Shown here one piece after another: positions 18,656-29,238 of a stretch of 64,000 nucleotides of DNA; positions within the stretch are counted from its first letter, which is position 1; every line of letters begins with the position of its first letter. The stretch is taken from NCBI GenBank assembly GCA_965206645.1, contig CBDBKE010000002.1:576001-640000 (forward strand), given 5' to 3'. A model generated the notes under the pieces. It made no database searches. It had not been told where the DNA came from and saw only the letters and a program-made list of their open reading frames with translations. The position numbers and the translations under genes are program-made. This stretch comes from Terriglobia bacterium. GTDB taxonomy: Bacteria > Acidobacteriota > Terriglobia > JAJPHL01 > JAPKYU01.

Positions 18656-21259
18656 TTAGTTTGACGCCTTGGCGGATTTCTCCACAGGACGGTCCAGCCT
18701 GACGGGTAAGGGCGATCCCAACGTGTCGCCGTTGGGCTCAAAACCGCCTCCATCGACGTCCACGTAGATGGGATTACTCACGGCCAAGGGGGCCGCCTTG
18801 CCGCGCTCGGGCCCCATTACAGGGCCGAGTTCGGAGTTCTCGCCAACGGCAACGACAATCAAGTGGGCATCGCTTTTTAGCTCGACCGGGATCTTGTAGT
18901 CGAACTTCACCACATCGTCCGAAAAAAGTGCGGGGTTGTTTACACGAGTGTGGTTCAGCAGGGGATCCGGCTGTCCGTTGATGAGTATCTGTACCCGGTC
19001 AACGTCAAACCAGTTGGGGCACTGCACGCGCACGTGGAGGGTGAGCTTGCCTCCAGGCGCCCGTATGTCGTCGCCGGCCGTGCCGCTGCCTTTAGGACCC
19101 TCCCCTGCTGCTCTTGCGTGGACTTCCAAAAACGGCCCATTGGTCATGATGAGATTACCCCGCTCAGCAGCGTGAACAATATCCAGGGTCTTGATCTGGG
19201 CAGGATCATCGGTAGGGGAGCGGAGATAGTTGCGCAGCCAGCCCGAGCCATGAAAGTTGTAGTGAGCGTCCGTGTTGACCACGCCGGGAATCCGGTAGCC
19301 TTGATTCAGCAACTGGAGCCAGTTAAAGATGCGATGGTTACGCACCGTAGTTTTTTGCCGGTAGGTGTACAGGTAGGTAACCTGAAAAGGGATGATGTTT
19401 TCCAGCGGGTGCACTTCGATTACGTCCATATAACCAAACATTTTCTTGAAGCCACCGTCCGGTTGGCCATCGCCATCTTTGTCAAAAAAGAGCTGCCCGA
19501 TATCTGGGTGATTTCCTTGAACCAACTTTTCACTGCCGCTGTCCCAAAGGGCCAAGCGCTCGATTTGCACCGGGGGATCTTCGTGGGGGAGGGGGCCACC
19601 CCAATCCTGGGTGTGAGGTTTCACAATCAGAGGAAAGGCGTTCTGGTGATTCACTTGACTGAGAGTTCTGGTCGGCTCGGTAAGTTCTATTCCTGTCGCC
19701 GTTGCTATCGCCTGCTCGATGCCAAGCCTCTTCAGGTGGGGCACGTAGGTGGAAAGCCGATTATGCTCGGTGCACGGCGCAAACTCCAGGTGCTCAGCCA
19801 CTAAGTTCAGGACCCGGCCAAACTGACTGCCAGTATTATCTCCCGAGGGGCTGGAGTGACTGTGGAAGTCGGCGCTAACCCAACCAGTTGTATTGACCAC
19901 GCGCTTCAGGGTAGCCCGCAGGGGCACCTCCTGGCCTGGCCCAACTTCCAGTCGCGTGAAGACGGCCTCGTATTCGGGTCCGTGGCTGATGATGACTTGG
20001 TAGGTGCCCGGGGGCAGAATCTGCGTGAATCGACCATCGTGGCTGTAGTAAAGGTTATGCACCGCGTGCTCCCCGCTATCGGGGCCAAAGTGGGGCGATT
20101 CTGTCCCTTCTATGCCAAGGAACTGGACCTTGCAGGCGATGGGATTTCCCTCCACGTCACTGACTCGCGTTACCACCCGCGAGGCAATGGGGAATTCGAC
20201 GCTCAGCTCTTTTCTTGAACCTGTCACTTGGAAAGAAACTTCTCGGCTGCCTCGTCCCAGAGCCGACACTTTGGCCCGAAATTTCCCGGGCGGAAGGGGG
20301 AATGCCACCCGGCCGCGCTCGGAGGTCCGAGCGTTTCCGTAGGGCCTCCCACCTAAGAGGAGAGCTACATCGGCATCGGCCACCGGCTGTCCGCCAGCGT
20401 CGGTCACGTTCAAACTGACGGGGAAGAGAGACTCGCCGTCAATCAGCCGGGCTTGTGATTTCACACCTACAAGGTTTGCTTTTGGAAAAAGGCGGCGTGA
20501 GAGCACATACTTTTGCCCTGGTCCTAGCTTCACCGTTTCCTGACCGTCCTTCAAATAGTGCAGGGCTGTAGCTCGGTTATACTCGTCTCCCTGGCTCTGG
20601 ATCGTGTGGTCCTCGGCCAGAATTCCATAGGCCTGTCCGAACCATTTGTCATAAACCCAGAAGAGCTTCGACTCGCCGTCGCGGGTCTTTTCGAAGGTGT
20701 TGTCCGCTCGCACTTCATCCACTAAAGAAATCATCAGCGGGCTTTTCCAGGGATTACGGTAAATCGAAGTGACACGGAGATAGGGCTCACCATCTTTCAG
20801 AGAATAGATCAGCTCTATTTCGGGGTGGCCTTCCCGGGCCGGGCTGATGCACCGCAGTTCGACAGATGGGCCTTCAATTAACGCCTTCCCGGGCTCCTCC
20901 TTAACATCCGGGTCCAGCACATTCAGCCCCTGAAGCTGTAGCGGGTACTGCCGGGCGCCGGGATAGAAGGCGCTGAGTTGATCGTTCAGCCGGTGACGCT
21001 CAGTTAAGTCGATGACGGCTCCTCCCACCTGCTTCACCGTCGTGTTCGCGTTGCGGCCCTTGACGGGTTTTGCCACCACGGCTACCAGCCGCTCATTCCG
21101 CAGTACGAAGTCGCCATAAATGGAGTCCACTTCCTTCCCCTGAGGTGCATACTCCTCCCAGGTTTCTGCTGTAAGCACGGCCAGCTCGCTCGCGTTCACG
21201 AACCCTGGCATTGCACCTATTGCAAAAAGAAAACAAAAAAAGTAAACGCTCGATCTCAT
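18656..21259 (-). CDS. Secreted CehA/McbA-family (PHP-like) metallohydrolase with carboxypeptidase-regulatory-like domains
   Basis: Sec signal peptide; ADFHSHS, CTEHN, HQNAFP, NHP, NTDAH metal motifs. Confidence 0.8.
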   Translation of the reverse strand: MRSSVYFFCFLFAIGAMPGFVNASELAVLTAETWEEYAPQGKEVDSIYGDFVLRNERLVAVVAKPVKGRNANTTVKQVGGAVIDLTERHRLNDQLSAFYPGARQYPLQLQGLNVLDPDVKEEPGKALIEGPSVELRCISPAREGHPEIELIYSLKDGEPYLRVTSIYRNPWKSPLMISLVDEVRADNTFEKTRDGESKLFWVYDKWFGQAYGILAEDHTIQSQGDEYNRATALHYLKDGQETVKLGPGQKYVLSRRLFPKANLVGVKSQARLIDGESLFPVSLNVTDAGGQPVADADVALLLGGRPYGNARTSERGRVAFPLPPGKFRAKVSALGRGSREVSFQVTGSRKELSVEFPIASRVVTRVSDVEGNPIACKVQFLGIEGTESPHFGPDSGEHAVHNLYYSHDGRFTQILPPGTYQVIISHGPEYEAVFTRLEVGPGQEVPLRATLKRVVNTTGWVSADFHSHSSPSGDNTGSQFGRVLNLVAEHLEFAPCTEHNRLSTYVPHLKRLGIEQAIATATGIELTEPTRTLSQVNHQNAFPLIVKPHTQDWGGPLPHEDPPVQIERLALWDSGSEKLVQGNHPDIGQLFFDKDGDGQPDGGFKKMFGYMDVIEVHPLENIIPFQVTYLYTYRQKTTVRNHRIFNWLQLLNQGYRIPGVVNTDAHYNFHGSGWLRNYLRSPTDDPAQIKTLDIVHAAERGNLIMTNGPFLEVHARAAGEGPKGSGTAGDDIRAPGGKLTLHVRVQCPNWFDVDRVQILINGQPDPLLNHTRVNNPALFSDDVVKFDYKIPVELKSDAHLIVVAVGENSELGPVMGPERGKAAPLAVSNPIYVDVDGGGFEPNGDTLGSPLPVRLDRPVEKSAKASN

Positions 21260-21607
21260 AGGAAGACCCCCTTCCCCCTTATTATCTTATCTCCGGCTTC
21301 GTCTTCGCCGAAATCTCCGATTTTAAGCTTGCCCTTCGCCCAGGAGCATACGCCAGCCACCCTGTCAGCTCAAGCCCACAACGCCACGGCCGCTCTTGGT
21401 TGGTTTCGCTGCAATCTAGCTGCTCAGAAGTCGTCCAGGAGGGACAAGTTTTAGCGGTGAGGCAGGTTCGAGGGCCATCGCTAAAGATCATCGATTTTCA
21501 AGACCCTCGTGATAATAACATTACGTAGTCAAGCTGCTTCCCTGAGGACCGGGAGGGTGCTGTTGGCCAACTCATTTTTTCCGACGTAACTACTCAAGAA
21601 ATGTCGA

Positions 21608-23119
21608 ATGAGGACGAAGATGGATTTCTCGAGACGTAGATTGCTTTTCTCCGCGCTGGCTTTGGCTGCCACGCATCATGGGGCGCAAGCCGCGAAAGCT
21701 CATTCCCACCGTCGGCCGAACATTTTCTATGCCACTGCAGACGATTGGTCACACGGCCACGCCGGCGCCTATGGCTCGAAGTGGGTTAAGACGCCGGTTT
21801 TCGACCGGATCACGCGAGAAGGGGCTCTGTTTAACAACTGCTTTACGTCAAATCCCAAGTGCAGTCCGTGTCGCGCAAGTATCCTAACAGGCCGGAACAC
21901 GTGGCAGTTGGAAGAAGCCGTGAACCACTGGGGGGTCTTCCCGTCCAAGTTTGCGGTCTACCCCGACCTACTCGAGGAAGCCGGATATCTGATCGGATAC
22001 ACCGGCAAGGGATGGGGTCCCGGAGACTATCGAGCGGGTGGCTTCAAGCGAAATCCCGCTGGCCCTGAATATGCGAAGTACAGCCTGAAAGCTCCCTTCC
22101 TATCCATGTCGTCGAAAGACTACGCGCGCAACTTCGAATACTTCCTTGAGCACCGCAGGCCCGGCCAACCCTTCTGCTTCTGGTTCGGACCCACTGAGCC
22201 GCACCGCGACTACGAGTACGGCTCGGGTGTGCGCAGCGGTAAGGACCCAAAGGAAGTACCCCTGCCGGCTTACTACCCGGACCACCCCACCATTCGGCGT
22301 GACATGCTTGATTATGCGATTGCAGTGGAATGGTTCGACACGCAGCTTGGGAGGATCATCAGGAAGCTTGAAGAGATCGGGGAATTGGACAACACCTTCA
22401 TCCTCGTGACGTCAGACCACGGGATGCCCTTCCCGCGCGTCAAGGGTCAGATCTACGAGCACGGCTTCCACCTGCCTCTTGCTGTTCGGTGGGGAGGGAT
22501 CAAAGGAGGCCTCGTCATTGACGACTTTATCAACGCTCGTGACTTTGCACCAACCTTTCTGGAGTTAGCGGGCATCAAGCCTCACCCGCAGATGACAGGC
22601 CACAGCTTCCTCGAGATCCTCACGCAAGGCAAGTCGGGTCTCATTGACTCAAGCCGCACGCGGGTGCTGGCGGGCAAGGAACGTCACGATCTGGGGCGTC
22701 CCAACGATTGGGGATATCCGGTGCGAGCGTTGCGGACGCCGGAGTACCTGTACATTCACAATTATGAGCCGGACCGCTGGCCGGCGGGTAATCCCGAGAC
22801 CGGCCACCAAAACTGCGACGGCAGCCCAACGAAATCCGTTCTCCTAGAGAACTTCGACAAGTTTTACGCGTTGTCGTTCGGCAAGCGGCCCGCCGAGGAG
22901 CTTTACCGTATTGGGCACGATCCTGATTGTGTTCACAACCTGGCGGCTGATCCCATGTACGCGGAAACAAAGCGAAAGCTCCGTGCTGAAATGGAGCAGA
23001 TGCTCCGCGACGAAGGGGACCCGCGCGTGCTCGGCAACGCCGCCGTTTTCGATACCTACAAGTGGACCGGGCCGCGAGGTCAGGCTTACGACAACTGGCT
23101 GAAAAATCAGAAGCTGTAG
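21608..23119 (+). CDS. Tat-exported formylglycine-dependent sulfatase (sulfamidase-like)
   Basis: SRRRLL leader; ADD, CSPCRASILTG (CxPxR), GYTGK, EPH, TSDHG. Confidence 0.9.
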   Translation: MRTKMDFSRRRLLFSALALAATHHGAQAAKAHSHRRPNIFYATADDWSHGHAGAYGSKWVKTPVFDRITREGALFNNCFTSNPKCSPCRASILTGRNTWQLEEAVNHWGVFPSKFAVYPDLLEEAGYLIGYTGKGWGPGDYRAGGFKRNPAGPEYAKYSLKAPFLSMSSKDYARNFEYFLEHRRPGQPFCFWFGPTEPHRDYEYGSGVRSGKDPKEVPLPAYYPDHPTIRRDMLDYAIAVEWFDTQLGRIIRKLEEIGELDNTFILVTSDHGMPFPRVKGQIYEHGFHLPLAVRWGGIKGGLVIDDFINARDFAPTFLELAGIKPHPQMTGHSFLEILTQGKSGLIDSSRTRVLAGKERHDLGRPNDWGYPVRALRTPEYLYIHNYEPDRWPAGNPETGHQNCDGSPTKSVLLENFDKFYALSFGKRPAEELYRIGHDPDCVHNLAADPMYAETKRKLRAEMEQMLRDEGDPRVLGNAAVFDTYKWTGPRGQAYDNWLKNQKL

Positions 23120-23148
23120 TAGTTTAAACCAAGTGAGGAGTGAGACCC

Positions 23149-23523
23149 ATGAGTAATGCACCTGCAAACGTGAGCGAGTATGACGTGATCGCCAAGGTCG
23201 TCCAGCACTACATCGATGGCGCCAGATCCAGCAAAGGCGACGACATGAAGCCCGCCTTCCACGAGGACGCGACGATCTTCGGTTATGCCGGTGCCGACTT
23301 GTTCGCCGGCCCTATCCAGCGGCTTTTTGACTGGGTTGACAAGAACGATCCAGCGACGGGGCTCCAAGCACGGATCGCCAGCATCGACCTCATTAACACG
23401 GTCGCAACCGTGCGGCTTGAACTCGACAACTGGAACGGCAGCCGGTACACCGACTTGTTCACGTTGCTAAAAGTCGACGGGGAGTGGAAGATCATGAACA
23501 AGGTCTTCCATCTGCACCCCTGA
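23149..23523 (+). CDS. NTF2-like (lumazine-binding 2) protein
   Basis: YIDG, AFHEDA, YTDLFTLLKVDGEWKIMNKVF; GAGGAG RBS. Confidence 0.85.
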   Translation: MSNAPANVSEYDVIAKVVQHYIDGARSSKGDDMKPAFHEDATIFGYAGADLFAGPIQRLFDWVDKNDPATGLQARIASIDLINTVATVRLELDNWNGSRYTDLFTLLKVDGEWKIMNKVFHLHP

Positions 23524-23665
23524 GGGAGTAGCGAGCGAGGCATAGGAAGGACCGTTTGAAGAACTGGTGATCGCTGCCTCGGGACCCCGAACGCCGGCGG
23601 CCAGGGTGGGATTGCGCCGTTCACGGACCTGATTTCACACTTCGAAAATTAGACATTTCAACTCA

Positions 23666-24658
23666 CTATTTTCGAGCAGGCGGCAAAAACTCCTTTCGCA
23701 TTTTCGCTACCACAGTGAAGTGCGGGTCCACAACATTAGCAATGTCGTACTCCAGCACATGACCCATGAGTAGCGAAGAACCACGCTCGCTGAAGCCATA
23801 GTCGGTCATCAGCCACCGCTGCAGCTCGGTAGTAGCATGCTGCAGGGCCTGGAGCAGAGGCCTGGCGCTGCCCAGCACCATGATGTATTCATCGTTCTCC
23901 AGCCTCGGCCAATTGATTTTCTTGTCCTTGATGAGATCAACGGAAAATTCCACATCCATCGAAATTTCAAGGGCGTTGCCGACAACCTCCCCATCCCCTT
24001 GCCTGGCGTGGCCGTCGCCGACAAACAGCAGAGCTCCCGGCTCGCTCACGGGAAGCATGAGCTTGGTCCCAGCCACCATCCCGTTGTAATCCATATTGCC
24101 ACCAAATGAGTCTGGCGTGCTGGTCGCAACCGCCTCCTTCCTAGGCGGTGCTACGCCAACGCAACCCAGCATGGGACGCAGCGGAACCTCGATTCCTTGC
24201 GGCCACATGGACTCAGAAGTTGGACGAGCAACCCGACGCCCTCTATCCACGCGCCAGGTCTCGGTGCTGCGCTTCCGCTCAGCCTTCAGTCGAAGGAAAG
24301 TCGGGTCAGCAGTGTAAGGTGCAAGCAGAGTGCTCGACCATGCTGTGGAACGGTTTGGCTCAATCTTTTCCAGCCGGATGACCAACGCGTCGCCGGGTTC
24401 AGCCCCTTCGATATAGAACGGACCGGTTTGCGGGTTGGGCGGCTCACCGACTTTGTTGTTTTGGGCATCATGGCCTCGTGCGTCAATAGTCGCGGTAATG
24501 ACGCGGTCACCGGGCTTGACACGTAATACCGGCTCATGGGCAAATGAGAAGGTGTTGTAGTACCGGACTGGCTTAAACCGGTGGGTCTCTGCAAGCATCG
24601 TACGACAAATGAGCAACAAACTTGCTACACACACGACACAGGTTGAGACGCGTCTCAT
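23666..24658 (-). CDS. Acetamidase/formamidase family protein with signal peptide
   Basis: QTGPFYIEGAEPGD, GGNMD, GDGHARQGDGE; GGAGG RBS before ATG 24658. Confidence 0.9.
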   Translation of the reverse strand: MRRVSTCVVCVASLLLICRTMLAETHRFKPVRYYNTFSFAHEPVLRVKPGDRVITATIDARGHDAQNNKVGEPPNPQTGPFYIEGAEPGDALVIRLEKIEPNRSTAWSSTLLAPYTADPTFLRLKAERKRSTETWRVDRGRRVARPTSESMWPQGIEVPLRPMLGCVGVAPPRKEAVATSTPDSFGGNMDYNGMVAGTKLMLPVSEPGALLFVGDGHARQGDGEVVGNALEISMDVEFSVDLIKDKKINWPRLENDEYIMVLGSARPLLQALQHATTELQRWLMTDYGFSERGSSLLMGHVLEYDIANVVDPHFTVVAKMRKEFLPPARK

Positions 24659-24933
24659 CGTTGTCCTCCGTTGACTAATCTTATCGCATGGCCCGGCGGT
24701 TGGCACCCCACTTGAGGCACAATTTCGCTACATGCGGACCAGTTTGCTGGCAGACACGGGACGCTTAGGTAGAGCCTGCCCGCTTTTTTCTGAATCCCGA
24801 ATTTCACGGAGTGAAGGTAAGATTGGGGCCACATCACTTCCAGGCATTTCACCTGGCGGTGATTCCGCTCAAGCTGGCTGGTCGCGAGGCCTCGCAGATT
24901 CGCGCCATTGCCTGGGCGCTATAAGGAGTTTTT

Positions 24934-25980
24934 ATGCCGAATATTCAACCGTTGCAACTTCGGGAAATCGCCAGAGAGCTTCTGGAAGCTGCCAGCGCCA
25001 CCGCGCGGGAGGCGCGCATCGTAGGCGACGCCCTTGTGGAGGCCAATCTGGAGGGGCACGACTCGCACGGGGTGGTGCGCATTCCCGAATACGTCGAACG
25101 GATGGAGCAGAAGCTGATCCACGTCGGGGCGCAAATGCAGGTGGTCCACGAAACGGAAGCCTTCGCGGTGATTGACGGGAACTGGGGTTGGGGGCAGGTG
25201 GTGGGGATCGAAGCCATGGACGTGGCCATCCAAAAGGCTTCCAGAGTTGGAGTTGGCGTCGTCGCCGTGCGGCAGTGCAACCACCTGGGGAGGGGCGGTG
25301 ACTACCCGCGCCTGGCGGCCCAGCGCGGGATGGCCGGCCTCTTGTTCATGAATACCCATGGCGCCGGTCAGATTGTGGCGCCCTGGGGTGGCCGGGCGCG
25401 GCGGCTTTCGGCCAACCCCATTGCGATGGCGATACCCCGACCGCCTCAGGAACCTCTGGTCATGGATATCTCCACCTGCGCGATTGCCGGCGGCAAGGTC
25501 ACCGTGGCACTCCACGGCAAGAAACAAGTTCCCCCCAATTGCATTGTTGATGCGGAGGGGCAGCCGACGACCAACCCCGCCGATTTCTTCGGTCCGCCTG
25601 AGGGCGCCTTGCTCCCCTTCGGCGGGCACAAGGGCTTCGCCCTGGGGTTGCTCAGTGACATTCTTGCTGGAGCCTTCTCCGGTGCCGGTTGCTGCGGTCC
25701 CACCGCCACGCGTATCGGCAATAGCTTCCTGGCGGTGGTTCTTGACATTCAGCAATTTCGCGATCGGAAGATCTTTGACGCCGACGTTGAGCAACTGGTG
25801 GAATACGTCAAGAGCAGCCCGCTGATGCCAGGATTTACCGAAATTCTTGTCCCCGGCGAGCCCGAGCGTAGAGAGCGAGTGCGCCGGGAAAGGGACGGGA
25901 TCCCGGTGGCGGATGAGACGTGGAGGCAGATCTCCGAGACGGCACAGCGCTATGGTGTACAGGCTGGCAACCGGTCCTAG
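24934..25980 (+). CDS. Ldh_2 (malate/L-lactate dehydrogenase family 2) oxidoreductase
   Basis: GHDSHG, DGNWGWG, NHLGR, NPIA, GGHKG motifs. Confidence 0.9.
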   Translation: MPNIQPLQLREIARELLEAASATAREARIVGDALVEANLEGHDSHGVVRIPEYVERMEQKLIHVGAQMQVVHETEAFAVIDGNWGWGQVVGIEAMDVAIQKASRVGVGVVAVRQCNHLGRGGDYPRLAAQRGMAGLLFMNTHGAGQIVAPWGGRARRLSANPIAMAIPRPPQEPLVMDISTCAIAGGKVTVALHGKKQVPPNCIVDAEGQPTTNPADFFGPPEGALLPFGGHKGFALGLLSDILAGAFSGAGCCGPTATRIGNSFLAVVLDIQQFRDRKIFDADVEQLVEYVKSSPLMPGFTEILVPGEPERRERVRRERDGIPVADETWRQISETAQRYGVQAGNRS

Positions 25981-26022
25981 CGGGTTTAGCGGCCAAGTCG
26001 TTAAGCTTCAAGGAGCATTGGT

Positions 26023-27168
26023 ATGAACGCTTTGGTCCTTGAAGAAGTTGGGAAATTTCAGCTTCGCGAGATTCCCAAACCTGTTCCTGGGGACCGTGAT
26101 GTGCTCATTCGAGTGGGTGCGGTCGGGATTTGCGGAACGGACCTGCACATCTTTCAGGGGCTGCTCAACCTCAGCCGCGACTCGCGCGGCCAGCCGATCC
26201 CGTTGGGGGAGAAGCCGCAAATCCTGGGGCACGAATTCTGCGGAACTGTGGAGGCCGCCGGTGGGAAGGTGAAAAAAGTCAAGCCCGGCGACAGAGTGGT
26301 GGTGGACCAGGTCCTGAACTGCGCCAGCCAGGGCCGGTCGCAGCTCTGTGAATTTTGTGAGACTGGGGATTCCCACCAATGCGAGTTCAGCCAGGAGTTG
26401 GGCGTCACCGGGGTGCCGGGCGCGCTGAGCGACCACGTCAGCGTTCCGGAGGCAAATGTCGTGTTGCTGCCCCCGACCATGCCCGATTTTCAGGGCGCTA
26501 TCATCGAACCTCTGGGGTGCGTGCTTCACGCCAGCGACCGGATGGAAGCGGCTCACAACCGCTATTCGTTCGAGGGGCAGCGTCGGATTCGGTACGTCGT
26601 GATCTTGGGTGCCGGACCGAGCGGGTTGCTGTTCCTTCAGTATTTACGCAAGATCAGGAATTTCGACGGCGAGATCTTTGTCGCAGATATGCGGGCAAGC
26701 AAACTGCAACTGGCCGAGAAGCTGGGCGGCACGCCTCTCGATGTACGGAAGACGGATCTGGCCTTTGAGATCCAGCAGCGCACCCATGGCCAGGGGGCGC
26801 AGTATCTGATCGAGGCGTCCGGGGTCGGAGAAGTCTTTGACTGTATTCCCTTGATTCTCCGACGGCAGGGGACCTTGCTGCTCTACGGGGCTGGCCACTC
26901 CGGCCGAGATATTGGATGCCTGACGCCTCTCCAGGTCATGGAGCATGTCCTGGTCACGACGGCCGGCGCCTCCGGCGGGTTCGATGCCGACGGAACCCCA
27001 ACGATTTACCGGAGGGCCATGGAGTACATCCGCGACGGCAAGATTGACGCGGAAAGCCTAATCAGCCATCGTTACCGACATTTGTCCCAGATGCAGCGGG
27101 CGTTTAGCGAAGACTCCAAGCAGCAGAACTATATCAAGGGCATGCTGCTGCGCGGCGGAACCTCGTAG
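26023..27168 (+). CDS. Zn-dependent alcohol/polyol dehydrogenase (MDR family)
   Basis: GICGTD, GHE, structural Cys cluster, EPLG, GAGPSG. Confidence 0.9.
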   Translation: MNALVLEEVGKFQLREIPKPVPGDRDVLIRVGAVGICGTDLHIFQGLLNLSRDSRGQPIPLGEKPQILGHEFCGTVEAAGGKVKKVKPGDRVVVDQVLNCASQGRSQLCEFCETGDSHQCEFSQELGVTGVPGALSDHVSVPEANVVLLPPTMPDFQGAIIEPLGCVLHASDRMEAAHNRYSFEGQRRIRYVVILGAGPSGLLFLQYLRKIRNFDGEIFVADMRASKLQLAEKLGGTPLDVRKTDLAFEIQQRTHGQGAQYLIEASGVGEVFDCIPLILRRQGTLLLYGAGHSGRDIGCLTPLQVMEHVLVTTAGASGGFDADGTPTIYRRAMEYIRDGKIDAESLISHRYRHLSQMQRAFSEDSKQQNYIKGMLLRGGTS

Positions 27169-27305
27169 CCGCGCCCCAAGAGCAGCCGGGCAAGGTGCAA
27201 GCCATCCGGCTTTCGAGATCAAGCTTTCGAGTTCAAGCGGGCGCCGGCGGTTGAGCGCTCTTTCCTCAGCGGATCATGTTCGTTTGATCGAAGAAAGGGA
27301 GTCGT

Positions 27306-28406
27306 ATGGATAGGGAAAAGCGAGAATCAGAAAATATAGATTTAGATTTGACCGGCACCATAGGCCCGAAGCCTCGCGCCGACTATGGCATCGCCATTGT
27401 GGGTGCAGGCAAAATTGTGCGCTATGCCCACCTGCCGGTTTACCGCAACTGGAACTTAAGAGTCGTGGGAATTATGGATGTCGATCAGGAGCAAGCAAAG
27501 GCAGTGGCAAGAGACTTCCAGTTGCCTAAGGTGTATCCCGACCTTTCGGCTCTGCTCTCCGACGACAGCGTGCAGATCGTGGACATCGCCGTGCCGGCGC
27601 GCTTCCAGCCGGAGATCGCCTGCCGGGCTCTGGAATCGGGCCGTCACCTGCAGTGCCAAAAGCCGTTCGCAGAACGGTACGCTGACGCACGAAAGGTCGT
27701 TGAACTGGCCGCGGCCCGAGGGCTGAAGGTGGCCGTCAACCAGCAGATGCGCTGGACACCCTCTATGCGGGCGGTGAAGGAATTGATGCGCCGGGGCTGG
27801 CTCGGCGAGCCGCTCCGCGCCGAGTTCGAGATCAACCTTTGGGAAGGTCTGGGCGGTTGGGCTGTGGAGCTTGATCCCTTCGACTTGCTCTACTACTCGA
27901 TCCACTTTTACGACGTGATTCGCTTTCTCTACGGGGAGCCTGAGTGGGTCTACTCCATTTGCGGAAAATGGCCGGGACAGGCCTTGAAGGGGGAAACGCG
28001 GACCAACACCTTGCTGGAGTACCCCTCCGGGCTGCAGCTGCTGCACCGCACCAACCACAATAACCATGCCGGTGACACTTATGCCCGGTTTCGCGTGGAG
28101 GGAAGCGAAGGCGTGGCCAAAGGAGACTTCGGCATCCACTACGGGTATCCCCACGGCCGTACCGACGAGTTCTCTTTTATCACCCGGCAGTACCTGCCCT
28201 CGTGCTGGCTGGATGTCCGATTCCAGGACAAGTGGATGCCGGACGCCTTTGCCGGGCCGATGCTGTCGCTGATGGAAGCTATCGCCACGGGCTCGGAGCC
28301 GGCCACCTCGGGGCGGGACAATCTCAACAGCTTGCGGCTGGCCTTCGCTGTGCGCCGCTCGCAAGAACTTCACCAACCCGTTCGGCCCGCAGAGGTGAAC
28401 CTCTAG
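27306..28406 (+). CDS. Gfo/Idh/MocA family oxidoreductase
   Basis: GAGKI, CQKP, NQQMRW, IHFYD. Confidence 0.9.
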   Translation: MDREKRESENIDLDLTGTIGPKPRADYGIAIVGAGKIVRYAHLPVYRNWNLRVVGIMDVDQEQAKAVARDFQLPKVYPDLSALLSDDSVQIVDIAVPARFQPEIACRALESGRHLQCQKPFAERYADARKVVELAAARGLKVAVNQQMRWTPSMRAVKELMRRGWLGEPLRAEFEINLWEGLGGWAVELDPFDLLYYSIHFYDVIRFLYGEPEWVYSICGKWPGQALKGETRTNTLLEYPSGLQLLHRTNHNNHAGDTYARFRVEGSEGVAKGDFGIHYGYPHGRTDEFSFITRQYLPSCWLDVRFQDKWMPDAFAGPMLSLMEAIATGSEPATSGRDNLNSLRLAFAVRRSQELHQPVRPAEVNL

Positions 28407-28529
28407 GAAGAGTGAGACTTCCCGGCTTCCTCCGAGGCTGGCGACGCCTGGCGGCGCGGGGATATTGACCGGACCTTCCGAGAAGGCCTATAGTTGTCTG
28501 GAGCACGCTTCCCGCGGCGTGTAACGGTC

Positions 28530-29141
28530 ATGATGATCCTGTACGAAGCCTCGATGCGCTGCCGCTACTGCGGCTCCCGTGTGGTGCACAAGCTTCTCTC
28601 GGACGAGGTGCTGGCCCTCAGGCAGAATCAGCTACCCAAGCGCAACTGCAACTATTGCGTGGGTTTGACCGAGTGGGAATTGTTGGATTGGAAGGGAACT
28701 CCCCCTCCGTCCGAAGCGGAGCCCGAGGTCGGGGTAACTCAGCCCGCTGTCCCGCGCCCTCACGACCGCATCCTGATCATTGATGACGATGATCTGACGC
28801 ACATCCTCCTGCGCAAGGTACTCGAAGCAGAGGACTGCACGCTGGAGGTCGCCAGCGACGGGAAGGAGGGCCTGCAAAAACTGGTTGAGGAACATTACTC
28901 TCTAGTGATTTGCGACATCCACATGCCCGGCCTGGACGGCAAGCAGGTATTCCGCTTCATTGACGAGCAGGCGCTGGGTAGCAAGCGCCAGATTATTTTT
29001 ATCACTGGAGACACCGGCGCCGAGACCCGCGAGTTCCTAAAGAGTACAGGTTGCCCCTACCTGTACAAACCTATCCAGGTTTTACAATTCTCTTCGATGG
29101 TCCAGGAAATACTGGATGCCAATCGCGCCCCTCTGGACTAA
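28530..29141 (+). CDS. Response regulator: N-terminal 4-Cys Zn-ribbon plus C-terminal receiver domain
   Basis: CRYC...CNYC; IIDDD, ICDIHMPGLDG (phospho-Asp), ITG, KP. Confidence 0.85.
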   Translation: MMILYEASMRCRYCGSRVVHKLLSDEVLALRQNQLPKRNCNYCVGLTEWELLDWKGTPPPSEAEPEVGVTQPAVPRPHDRILIIDDDDLTHILLRKVLEAEDCTLEVASDGKEGLQKLVEEHYSLVICDIHMPGLDGKQVFRFIDEQALGSKRQIIFITGDTGAETREFLKSTGCPYLYKPIQVLQFSSMVQEILDANRAPLD

Positions 29142-29238
29142 TCCACCGCAGAGCCATTCCGGAGGAGGCCTTCCGTTGGCGCACAATGCCCGGTGCCACC
29201 CGGGCACCTAGCGCCGGAACCTCAGAGCCGACCATCGT

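Noticed and set aside
21449-21484. Hairpin TTTAGCGGTG...CATCGCTAAA containing GGTTCGA as a tRNA fragment or att site
   Set aside because: No T-stem pairing or other cloverleaf arms; cannot be assigned.
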